Source: an uncultured delta proteobacterium (GTDB lineage Bacteria > Myxococcota_A > Polyangia > Polyangiales > Polyangiaceae). Taken from it: a stretch of DNA of 64,000 nucleotides. Under the pieces are notes generated by a model. That model saw nothing but the letters and a program-made list of their open reading frames with translations, had not been told where the DNA came from and did not search any database. Position 1 is the first letter of the stretch; each line of letters begins with the position of its first letter. Where the stretch lies: contig CAVOKF010000005.1 of NCBI GenBank assembly GCA_963696385.1, forward strand, positions 544,001 through 608,000. The letters run 5' to 3'. Both the position numbers and the translations under genes were made by a program. This document shows positions 41,429 to 50,225 of this stretch, in pieces.

Positions 41429-44400
41429 CTAATGAGGCTCCGAGAGAGTGTGCGCGAGGGCGAGCAACGCCACGACCACGGCGGTCGAGTCCGGCGCCAG
41501 ATCGATCTGGACTCGGATTTGGTCGAGCGCTCTTTCCAGCAGAAAGCAATCGAAGACCACTGCGGCGTGGCTTCGGTCCGGCGGCACGAGGGGCGAACCT
41601 TCCATCCGGTCGAGATAGGCCCGCAAAAACGACGCAGAGACCCATGACGCCCAATGAAACGCCCATGGTTGCGCGGCGTCGACATCGCTGTCGCGCACCC
41701 GCGCCGGGTCCAGAAGCACCTGGATCGCCGCAAACTCCAGCGAACGGGCCATGGACGCAACGTCCCGGAGCGACAAGCGCCTTCGGCGTCGTTCCGTCAG
41801 CGAGACGTCGCGCCTGCCGCCGATGTCGGTTACGATGAAGTCTTTGCCGGTATAGAGCACGTGGCCGAGATGAAGGTCGCCGTGCAGGCGAATGCACAGT
41901 GCGCTCATCGGGGTCTGCAAAAGCGGCTCGAAGCGTGCGAGCATCGCCGCCTCCTGGCCGACCACCGTATCGGCGGCCGCGCGCGCGGCCGGAGAAAGCG
42001 TGGGCATTCGCTCGCGTAGCAGCCGCAGCGTGCGCATGGTCACCGTGCGGAGCCACTGGTAGGTTGCGCGTCGATCGAACGCGGAATACGGTGCAGTCTT
42101 AAATCCGGGTTCGGCCGTCGGCGCGCCCAACGCCTGGTGCAGCGCGGCGATTCGGCGACCGAGTTGGGCCGCGGTTTCTCGGTAGATTCCGATCATCTCG
42201 GAGACCAGGACCGGCGGCTCCAATTGGACGAGCCGAAAGGGGAGATCCGGCCGGGGGCGGGGGCGGGGGCGGCGCGGTAGGGCTCCGTGCGAGCACCCGT
42301 TCGAAGTACCGACCGAGCTCTCGCTGCGTAGATCCCAGCCGTTGTCGACATGGGGCACAAATGCTTGCAAGAGTCCCAACGTGACCGGCTCCGTGCGACC
42401 GCGCTGGAGCTCGAGCACGGCGTGCTGCCTCGGGATGTTGTCTCCGCCGTCCTTTTCGAGATACTGCCCCATCTCGAATTCGGGACTCACACCGTCATCG
42501 AGGCGGCGGAACACGGTCAAGACGAAGCGATCGCCGTACCGGATCTTCGCGCTGGATCGGCCCTGCCCCAGTCTCCAGGAGCCTTCCGCACCCGTCTCGG
42601 ATTCGACCCGCAAATCGCTTGCCGCGGCCGCGGATTGCTCGCTCGCCTTGGCCCAAAGCTCGCCCGTCTGGCCGACCGAGTGGGCTCGATTGAGGATGAA
42701 CGCGAGCAGCGTCCGAGTGGCACTGGGCTCATCGAGAGCGTCGACCAGCAAGCCCCGGACGGGCGTGCCCGCCTCGCCCTTCAGGACGACCGCGGCCAGC
42801 ACCGAGCGCAACGCCGGGGGCTTCTCTCCGGCAACGAACACGACCGGCAGCGCGTACAGCTGCCGTTGTCCGCCGGTCGTCTCCACGCGCGCGAGGAGCA
42901 CGAAAACCGACCCCCCACCCGCATCGAGACGGAAAATGTCGGCTAGGCGCACTGACTTCAGCCGAGGATCGCGAAGGTCCGCCCCAGCGCACCGCTCGAG
43001 ATACGTGCGCAGCATCGGCTCGAGGCGATGCTCCCGCAGAAGAGCCTCCACGCTCGAGCCTTCCACGGCGGCGAGCGGAACGACCGGCCCCGAGTCTCGC
43101 ACCTCACCAGGCCGCTCGAGAGAGAACCAATAGAAATCGTGGGGGCCGAGAGTCACGACGTACGCCGCATCGCCGATCGCGGGAAACGACGTTTCGCCGA
43201 ACAACTCGAACGGCGTGAAACCGCGGTACCGGCCGAGGTCGAGCGCCACGTATTGCGTAAATCGCGATAAGTTCGCGACGACCAGTACGCACTCGCGCTC
43301 GAACACCCGGACGAACGCGAGAACACGCGAGTTCGCGGGGCTCAAGAACTCGGTCGTCCCCCGACCGAACGCGGCGAAGCGTTTCCGCAAGTCGATGATT
43401 CGCTTCGTCCACCAGAGGAGCGACGTGGGGTTCTGCTGCTGGTTTTCCACGTTGAGAGACTCGTAGTGATACTCCGGGTCGATCACGATGGGCAGAATCA
43501 GCTGCTGCGGGTTCGCTCTCGAAAAGCCGGCGTTGCGATCCATGTTCCACTGCATCGGTGTTCGAACGCCGTTACGGTCGCCGAGATAGACGTTGTCGCC
43601 CATTCCGATCTCGTCGCCGTAGTAGAGGACGGGGGTCCCCGGAAGAGAGAAGAGCAGGCCGTTCAAGAGCTCCATTCTCCTGCGACTGTTGCCGACGAGA
43701 GGGGCGAGTCGCCGTCGAATCCCGAGATTGATGCGCATAGCGGCTTGATGCGCATAGGCGCCCACCATGTAATCGCGCTCTTCGTCGGTGACCATTTCCA
43801 GCGTGAGCTCGTCGTGGTTTCGAAGAAACAGCGCCCACTGACACGTGGCGTGCACCTCGGGAGTCTGCGCGAAAATATCGACGATCGGAAGCCGGTCCTC
43901 CTGGTGAATCGCCATGAAGAGCCTCGGCATGAGCGGAAAGTGAAAGTTCATGTGACACTCGTCCCCCGCGCCGAAGTACGAGGCAGCGTCCTCCGGCCAC
44001 TGGTTGGCTTCGGCCAGCAGCATGCGGTTCTCGAAGCGAGAGTCGATGTGCGCGCGCAGATGCTTCAGGAATGCGTGTGTCTTGGGCAGGTTCTCGCAGT
44101 CGGTCCCTTCCTGTTCGTAGAGATAAGGAACGGCGTCGAGACGCAGGCCGTCGACACCCTTGGCCAGCCAAAAGTCGACCACGCCGAGCAGGGCCTCGCG
44201 GACAGCGGGATTCTCGAAATTGAGGTCCGGTTGGTGTGAGTAAAAACGGTGCCAGTAATAGGCCTGCGCTTCGCGGTCCCACGACCAGTTCGACGGCTCG
44301 AAGTCTCGGAAGATGACCCTGGCGGCGGCGTACCGATCAGGCGTCTCGCTCCACACGTAAAAGTCGCGCTCGGGCGAACCGGCCGGGGCGCGCCGCGCGC

Positions 44401-44779
44401 GTTGAAACCAAGGGTGTTGGTCCGAGGTGTGGTTCAGAACCAGTTCGGTAATCACTCGAATCCCGCGCCGGTGGGCCTCCGCGAGAAGAACCTCGAAATC
44501 GGTCAGGGTGCCCATTTCGGGATGCACATCCGTGTAGTCCGAAATGTCGTAGCCGTCGTCACGCCCAGGAGAAGGATAGAAGGGCAGAATCCACAGAGCG
44601 TTGATTCCGAGGTCGCAGAGGTAGTCGAGCTTGCTCGTCAAACCCTTGAAATCGCCGATTCCGTCGTCGTTGCTGTCGAAAAACGAGCGCGTGCGCACCT
44701 CGTAGAAAATCGCGTCCTTGTACCAGGTCGCGCCGTTACCGAGGGCCGCTGGCTCGGAAGGTCTGGAGGGTCCGCACAT
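41429..44779 (-). CDS. treS: Trehalose synthase fused to a maltokinase-like domain
   Basis: WYKDAIFYE, RLDAVPYL, AEANQWP, FLRNHDELTLE; C-terminal IRLHGDLHLG. Confidence 0.93.
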   Translation of the reverse strand: MCGPSRPSEPAALGNGATWYKDAIFYEVRTRSFFDSNDDGIGDFKGLTSKLDYLCDLGINALWILPFYPSPGRDDGYDISDYTDVHPEMGTLTDFEVLLAEAHRRGIRVITELVLNHTSDQHPWFQRARRAPAGSPERDFYVWSETPDRYAAARVIFRDFEPSNWSWDREAQAYYWHRFYSHQPDLNFENPAVREALLGVVDFWLAKGVDGLRLDAVPYLYEQEGTDCENLPKTHAFLKHLRAHIDSRFENRMLLAEANQWPEDAASYFGAGDECHMNFHFPLMPRLFMAIHQEDRLPIVDIFAQTPEVHATCQWALFLRNHDELTLEMVTDEERDYMVGAYAHQAAMRINLGIRRRLAPLVGNSRRRMELLNGLLFSLPGTPVLYYGDEIGMGDNVYLGDRNGVRTPMQWNMDRNAGFSRANPQQLILPIVIDPEYHYESLNVENQQQNPTSLLWWTKRIIDLRKRFAAFGRGTTEFLSPANSRVLAFVRVFERECVLVVANLSRFTQYVALDLGRYRGFTPFELFGETSFPAIGDAAYVVTLGPHDFYWFSLERPGEVRDSGPVVPLAAVEGSSVEALLREHRLEPMLRTYLERCAGADLRDPRLKSVRLADIFRLDAGGGSVFVLLARVETTGGQRQLYALPVVFVAGEKPPALRSVLAAVVLKGEAGTPVRGLLVDALDEPSATRTLLAFILNRAHSVGQTGELWAKASEQSAAAASDLRVESETGAEGSWRLGQGRSSAKIRYGDRFVLTVFRRLDDGVSPEFEMGQYLEKDGGDNIPRQHAVLELQRGRTEPVTLGLLQAFVPHVDNGWDLRSESSVGTSNGCSHGALPRRPRPRPRPDLPFRLVQLEPPVLVSEMIGIYRETAAQLGRRIAALHQALGAPTAEPGFKTAPYSAFDRRATYQWLRTVTMRTLRLLRERMPTLSPAARAAADTVVGQEAAMLARFEPLLQTPMSALCIRLHGDLHLGHVLYTGKDFIVTDIGGRRDVSLTERRRRRLSLRDVASMARSLEFAAIQVLLDPARVRDSDVDAAQPWAFHWASWVSASFLRAYLDRMEGSPLVPPDRSHAAVVFDCFLLERALDQIRVQIDLAPDSTAVVVALLALAHTLSEPH

Positions 44780-44792
44780 CGGTTCGTGCTGG

Positions 44793-44808
44793 TGCGAACC
44801 GCGTGCCG
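44793..44808 (-). promoter_or_regulatory. sigma54-type promoter for treS
   Basis: CGGCACGCGGTTCGCA. Confidence 0.65.
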
Positions 44809-44854
44809 GCGAGATCCGGCGCCCAACACCCCAACGAGAAGACGAAACGCATCT

Positions 44855-46645
44855 TCAGCCCCGACGTTGTCGGGCGGGGCTCGAGTGCGGCGAGCTCAGG
44901 TTGAGCGCCGTGTTCACGAGAGACACGTGAGAGAAGGCTTGCGGGAAATTGCCGACCAATCGGCCTGAGCGGACGTCGTATTCCTCGGCCAGCAGACCGA
45001 CGTCGTTGCAAAGCCCGATCAGCCGCTCGAACATCGCGCGAGCCTCGTCATGCCGGCCTTGCAGCGACCAGTTGTCGGCAAGCCAAAAGCTGCAGGGCAA
45101 AAACGAGCCTTCGCTTTCGGGTAGACCGTCCACCGAGCGTAGGGGCGCATACCTCCTCACCAGACCTCCGTCGATCAAACGGTTCTCGATCGCCCGCACC
45201 GTTCCCTGCACGCGTCGGTCGGAGGGGGGCAAAAAGCCCACCAGCGGGATCATGAGCAAGCTCGCGTCGACATCTTTGGAGCCGTAGAACTGAACGAACG
45301 AGCCGACCTCGGCGTCATAGCCCTGGCGGCACACGTCGTCATGGATGCGATCACGCACGATCCGCCAGCGTTCGATCGGTCCGCCCCCCCCGACGGCCTC
45401 GACGCGGCGCACGCCTCGATCGAACGCGACCCAGGCCATCACCTTCGAATGAGTGAACTGGCGCGGCGGACCGCGCACCTCCCAGATGCCTTCGTCGGGC
45501 CGATCCCAGCAGCCTTCGAGATACTCGAGCATCTTCCGGCGCAGATCCCATGCGTTCGGCTCGTTGCCGATCCCCCGCCGGTGGCATTGATGCAGGGCGT
45601 CCATGACCTCGCCGTACACGTCGAGTTGTCGTTGCTGAAATGCCGCATTGCCGATGCGCACCGGCGATGAATTCTCGTAGCCGGGCAACCATGAAATCTC
45701 TCGCTCGTCGATTCGACGTCGGCCGTCGATTCCGTACATGATCTGAAGCTTGGACGGGTCACCCGCGACCGCGCGAAGCAGCCATTGCCGCCATTGTCGC
45801 GCTTCCTCGATGAACCCATTGTGCGCCAAGGCGAGCAGCGTGAACGTGGCATCGCGCACCCAGCAGTAGCGGTAGTCCCAGTTTCGGACTCCCCCGATGG
45901 CTTCGGGAAGCGACGTCGTGGGCGCGGCAGCGATCGCTCCGGTAACGGCGTGCGTGAGGGCCTTTAACGTCACGAGCGAGCGCAGCACGATGTCGCGCCA
46001 CTCGCCCTCGAACGTACACTGACCCGACCATCGTCGCCAACCAAGCTCGCATGCGGTGACCGCCTCGCGCGCATCCACGTCGGGTGGCGCACCGAGATGC
46101 GAGGGTTGCCAGCGCAACACGAATGAGAGGCACTGATCGGGACCGACCTCGAAATCGGCCACGGTCGTCATGTTCTCGCCCCGAAGCGGGACGTCGCTCT
46201 GCACGTAGACCGTGTCCGGTCCGGCAACGGCGTACACACCGTCTCCCTGCTTGCGCACCCACGGCACGATCGAGCCGTAGTCGAAGCGCAGGACCAGTTC
46301 GGTGCGCATCGCCACGCGACCGCGTTGGCCGCGCGCGACGCGAACGACCGTCGGAGTATCGGCGCCGAGCACCATGCAATCCGTGACCGTGACCGAGCCC
46401 CCGTCCGTCTCGAACGTCGTGTCCAAGATGAGCGATCCATCTCGGTAACGGCGAGTCGTGCGCCGCACCTTCTCGCAAGGAGCGACGAGCCAGCGACCGT
46501 GCTCCGGGCCTCCCAACAGCGCAGCAAAACACGCGTCCGCGTCGAAACGCGGCAAGCACAGCCAATCGATCGAGCCCTGGCGATCGACCAGCCCAGCGGC
46601 CTGACAATCGCCGATCAGAGCATAGTCCTCGATTCGAGACGGCAC
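44855..46645 (-). CDS. GH15 glucoamylase/trehalase-like protein
   Basis: IEDYALIGD, PTTSLPE, NWDYRYCWVRD, GIWEVRG, GNFPQAFSH. Confidence 0.93.
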   Translation of the reverse strand: MPSRIEDYALIGDCQAAGLVDRQGSIDWLCLPRFDADACFAALLGGPEHGRWLVAPCEKVRRTTRRYRDGSLILDTTFETDGGSVTVTDCMVLGADTPTVVRVARGQRGRVAMRTELVLRFDYGSIVPWVRKQGDGVYAVAGPDTVYVQSDVPLRGENMTTVADFEVGPDQCLSFVLRWQPSHLGAPPDVDAREAVTACELGWRRWSGQCTFEGEWRDIVLRSLVTLKALTHAVTGAIAAAPTTSLPEAIGGVRNWDYRYCWVRDATFTLLALAHNGFIEEARQWRQWLLRAVAGDPSKLQIMYGIDGRRRIDEREISWLPGYENSSPVRIGNAAFQQRQLDVYGEVMDALHQCHRRGIGNEPNAWDLRRKMLEYLEGCWDRPDEGIWEVRGPPRQFTHSKVMAWVAFDRGVRRVEAVGGGGPIERWRIVRDRIHDDVCRQGYDAEVGSFVQFYGSKDVDASLLMIPLVGFLPPSDRRVQGTVRAIENRLIDGGLVRRYAPLRSVDGLPESEGSFLPCSFWLADNWSLQGRHDEARAMFERLIGLCNDVGLLAEEYDVRSGRLVGNFPQAFSHVSLVNTALNLSSPHSSPARQRRG

Positions 46646-46656
46646 TGGAATGCGCC

Positions 46657-46673
46657 AAGCAGAAGGTGTACCG
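46657..46673 (-). promoter_or_regulatory. sigma54-type promoter for the GH15 gene
   Basis: CGGTACACCTTCTGCTT. Confidence 0.55.
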
Positions 46674-46798
46674 CGACCGTTCGACCGATCCCCATTCGAG
46701 TCGTGCGCGAAGACCGTGAAACCCTGCGGGCGCCTCGACCGTGGCAGCTTGGCTTCACGTTGTGGCTATTTCGCGCCTGGCCGTCTCGATCGGACTGC

Positions 46799-46816
46799 GG
46801 GCCTCGGGATTGCAAA
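46799..46816 (+). promoter_or_regulatory. sigma54-type promoter for the lipoprotein/GDE genes
   Basis: GGGCCTCGGGATTGCAAA. Confidence 0.5.
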
Positions 46817-46843
46817 GCCGAACTTCTTGAACAGGAGGCCGCT

Positions 46844-47131
46844 ATGAACGAACTGGGCTGCATCAGGACTCTTCGCCGCGCTCTATGGACGACGTGTGGG
46901 GCCGGCGTCCTTATCTTTTCGTCGGCGTGCGCCGGAACCGCGAGCATAGACGGCTACGACGGAATGTATGTGGAGGCGGCTCCGCCCGGGATCGAGGCCT
47001 ACCCCCGCTATCCGTTCCGCGATGGCTACATCTACGATGTTCACGGCCGCTGGTATCACCAGCACGGTGGCCGCTGGGTGGCCTACGCCCACCGGCCGCG
47101 CGAAATCGCTCGCGACCACGATCGCCGCTAG
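46844..47131 (+). CDS. Small Tyr/Trp-rich putative lipoprotein
   Basis: AGGAGG RBS; FSSAC lipobox-like; AYPRYPFRDGYIYDVHGRWY. Confidence 0.75.
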   Translation: MNELGCIRTLRRALWTTCGAGVLIFSSACAGTASIDGYDGMYVEAAPPGIEAYPRYPFRDGYIYDVHGRWYHQHGGRWVAYAHRPREIARDHDRR

Positions 47132-47132
47132 A

Positions 47133-49196
47133 ATGAGCGTCCCTCTCATCGAAGGGGTCTTATCGTCGAGTCCTTCTCGGGTGCTGCAGGAGCTCGCCGG
47201 GACCGACGACCCCACGAGCCCCTTCGTCACGCGCGAGTGGCTGGTCACGAACGGCCTCGGCGGATACGCCTCGGGCACGGTGGCGAATATCGCGACCCGT
47301 CGTTTCCACGCATGGCTCGTGGCCGCGCTTCCGGCGCCACTCGGTCGGACGATGATGCTCGCACATGCAGGCGAGGTCGTCCGTCACGGGGCTGACCTCG
47401 CCGTGCAGCTTGGCGTGCAATCGCTGACCACGACCGGTGGGTCGCCGCTGCCGGTCGCACCTCTCTCGGTTTTCCGCCTCGAGTTCGGTCTCCCCGTGTG
47501 GCGGTACGACGCACTGGGCGCCGTCATCGAGCGTCGCCTCTCGATGCCCCATCAGCAGAATACCGTGCACGTGAGCTACGAACTTCTCACCCAAGGAGAG
47601 GTGCGCCTGGAAATCGAACCCTGGATTCGCTTTCGGCCGCACGGCGGGGCGCTCGATGCGCCGGCCTCCGGTCCCTACGCGCTTACGGTCGTCGACGATC
47701 GGTACGCCGTGTCGGCCGAGGGCTATCCATCATTACGGATGTACATCGACCACGACTCCAACGCATTCACGATCGACAAGAAGCGGGTGCGCGACGTTCA
47801 TTACCATGCGGAGCTCGTTCGCGGCTACGACTCGATGGGCGAGCTCTACAGTCCGGGCTTCTTTCGGTTCACGCTCTCCAAGGGCAAAATGGCAACGTTC
47901 GTGGCGTCGACCGAGACGTGGCAGGTCATTGACGCGTTGCCCCCCGCCCTAGCGCGCACGGCCGAAAGCGAGCGACGGACGCGCTTGCTCGCCGCCGCGT
48001 TGCCGACCCTTCGCGATGGCCTGGGCGCTGACCTCGTCCTCGCCGCCGACCAGTTCGTCATCACGCCCGCCGGACGTGTCGAGGACGCCGCCCGTGTCCA
48101 CGCCAAAGGCGACGAGGTGCGTACGATCATCGCGGGATACCCCTGGTTCACCGATTGGGGACGCGACACGATGATTGGCCTCGAGGGTCTGACGCTCGTC
48201 ACGGGGCGCTCCGCGGAGGCAGGCAACATCTTGCGAACGTTCGCCGATTATGTGCAATGCGGGCTGATCCCGAATCTCTTTCCGGAGCAGGGCAACGACG
48301 GCCTTTATCACACCGCGGACGCGACGCTTTGGTTTTTCCACGCGCTGGACCGCTACCTCGCGTACACCCAGGACCGCGCGACCCTGACCCTCTTATTGCC
48401 CAAATTGATCGACATCATCGAGCGCCACATCGCAGGAACGCGCTACTCCATCCATGTAGATCCGGCGGACGGGCTGCTTTCACAGGGTGCCGAGGGGTAC
48501 GCGCTGACTTGGATGGATGCAAAAGTCGGCGACCTCGTCGTCACTCCCAGGCGCGGCAAGGCTGTCGAAATCAACGCACTGTGGTACAACGCGCTACGCC
48601 TGCTCGTCTCATGGATCGATCAAGAGCGAGGGACGGGCCGTGCCCAGCGCTATGCCGAGCTCGCCGACCAGGCGCAGGCGTCGTTCAATAGGCGTTTTTG
48701 GTACGAGGGACGAGGCTACCTTCGCGATCTGGTGGACGGAGAACACGGCGACGACGAGTCCTTTCGGCCGAACCAAATTCTCGCCGTCGCTCTCCCCCAT
48801 CCCATCCTGGATCCGACGCGCTGGGAACGCGTCGTCTCCGAGGTGCACAGACAGCTATGGACCCCCTTCGGGTTGCGGACGCTCGCCCAGGGCCATCCCG
48901 AGTACCAAGCCAAATACTTCGGTGATCTGCGGGCCCGCGATCTCGCGTACCACCAGGGAACCGTTTGGGCGTGGCTCATCGGGCCGTTCATCGACGCATG
49001 GCTCAGGGTCGGTGGGGACCGCGCGATCGCCCGGGGGATGCTCGAAGGGTTTGCGGCACACCTTACCGAGGCCGGCGTTGGGTCGATTAGCGAGATTTTC
49101 GATGCCGAAGCCCCGTTCTTGCCTCGCGGGTGCATCGCGCAAGCGTGGAGCGTAGCCGAGGTCCTTCGTGGCCTGGTGAAGACAGCGCCTGACTGA
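47133..49196 (+). CDS. Amylo-alpha-1,6-glucosidase (GDE_N + GDE_C)
   Basis: REWLVTNGLGGYAS, AGYPWFTDWGRD, TWMDAK, YHQGTVW, QAWSVAE. Confidence 0.93.
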   Translation: MSVPLIEGVLSSSPSRVLQELAGTDDPTSPFVTREWLVTNGLGGYASGTVANIATRRFHAWLVAALPAPLGRTMMLAHAGEVVRHGADLAVQLGVQSLTTTGGSPLPVAPLSVFRLEFGLPVWRYDALGAVIERRLSMPHQQNTVHVSYELLTQGEVRLEIEPWIRFRPHGGALDAPASGPYALTVVDDRYAVSAEGYPSLRMYIDHDSNAFTIDKKRVRDVHYHAELVRGYDSMGELYSPGFFRFTLSKGKMATFVASTETWQVIDALPPALARTAESERRTRLLAAALPTLRDGLGADLVLAADQFVITPAGRVEDAARVHAKGDEVRTIIAGYPWFTDWGRDTMIGLEGLTLVTGRSAEAGNILRTFADYVQCGLIPNLFPEQGNDGLYHTADATLWFFHALDRYLAYTQDRATLTLLLPKLIDIIERHIAGTRYSIHVDPADGLLSQGAEGYALTWMDAKVGDLVVTPRRGKAVEINALWYNALRLLVSWIDQERGTGRAQRYAELADQAQASFNRRFWYEGRGYLRDLVDGEHGDDESFRPNQILAVALPHPILDPTRWERVVSEVHRQLWTPFGLRTLAQGHPEYQAKYFGDLRARDLAYHQGTVWAWLIGPFIDAWLRVGGDRAIARGMLEGFAAHLTEAGVGSISEIFDAEAPFLPRGCIAQAWSVAEVLRGLVKTAPD

Positions 49197-49361
49197 TCCG
49201 CGGAGGCGGCGTCGCCTCGCGACCCGGCGGGGCAATCGCGGCTCAGCAAGCGGTGTGCACCACAGTGTGTCAGGTGACCACGGATGGGCCCCGACGCGCT
49301 GGGCGACGCGCCCGCGCTTTCCCCGCACTCAAACCCGCGGTCCGCGGCTCTATTCGCGGGA

Positions 49362-49379
49362 TGGATCGAGGATTGCAAA
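49362..49379 (+). promoter_or_regulatory. sigma54-type promoter
   Basis: TGGATCGAGGATTGCAAA upstream of AAGGAGG and ATG 49406. Confidence 0.5.
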
Positions 49380-49405
49380 AAGGCTGCGAACAAGGAGGCA
49401 CTATC

Positions 49406-49894
49406 ATGAAACTTGCAACTGCAACGGGCCTCGCGCTCGTCATTACGATTCTGACCGTTCGATCCCCCGATGCCGCCGCGCAGCCTGTCGCGGCGACTGT
49501 GGATACGACGGCGGAAACGGGGCCGAACACGGCCATGGTCAGCAGCGGCATCGGCATTTTCGCTCTTTCTTACGTGCCCGCCGTCGTGGTCGGCGCCACG
49601 AGCGGCCTCCACACCGATCGAACTCTCTGGGTGCCGCTTGCCGGACCGTGGATCGATCTGGCTCAGCGTCCCAATTGCTCGCCGGCCATTTCGTGCAACT
49701 CGGAAAACACGGCCAAAGTTCTCGTGATCACGGACGGAATATTTCAAGCGATTGGCGCCGTGACCGTCATCGGGGGCTTCCTTTTGCCCGTCCACGAGCG
49801 CGTGGTGCGGACGGCCGATCTTCGACCCACGCTTCGCCTCGGGCCGGCCAAGGTCGCAGGCGGCTACGGAATGGTCGCCCTGGGAACGTTCTGA
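49406..49894 (+). CDS. Exported/membrane hypothetical protein
   Basis: AAGGAGG RBS, signal peptide, LWVPLAGPW motif, Cys pair, C-terminal Phe. Confidence 0.75.
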   Translation: MKLATATGLALVITILTVRSPDAAAQPVAATVDTTAETGPNTAMVSSGIGIFALSYVPAVVVGATSGLHTDRTLWVPLAGPWIDLAQRPNCSPAISCNSENTAKVLVITDGIFQAIGAVTVIGGFLLPVHERVVRTADLRPTLRLGPAKVAGGYGMVALGTF

Positions 49895-50225
49895 CCCCGG
49901 CGAAGTAAGAGAGAAAAAGAGGAAGGTGCCCATGCACATTCGCATCGGTTACGAATCGATGGACTCGGGTCTGGACCCATGAAGCCGTCGCAAGGCCTCA
50001 TCGGCAGCCGACCCAACGACGGCCATGGGTTCGCGCGTCGGAACCCGTAACCCGTTCGGGCGCACGCGGTTCGAGCCGGGTCGCCTAGGCCGAAGGGGCG
50101 GCGGCTGCGCGTTCGCTTCCCGCGCCACGGGTTCCGTGCTCCGTCTACGCCCCGGGAAGGCGGGTCCTGTGGGTGCACGCGGCGAGGTCGGGCCGCGCCC
50201 CTTCCAGCCTTTGGTTCGTTCGGCC

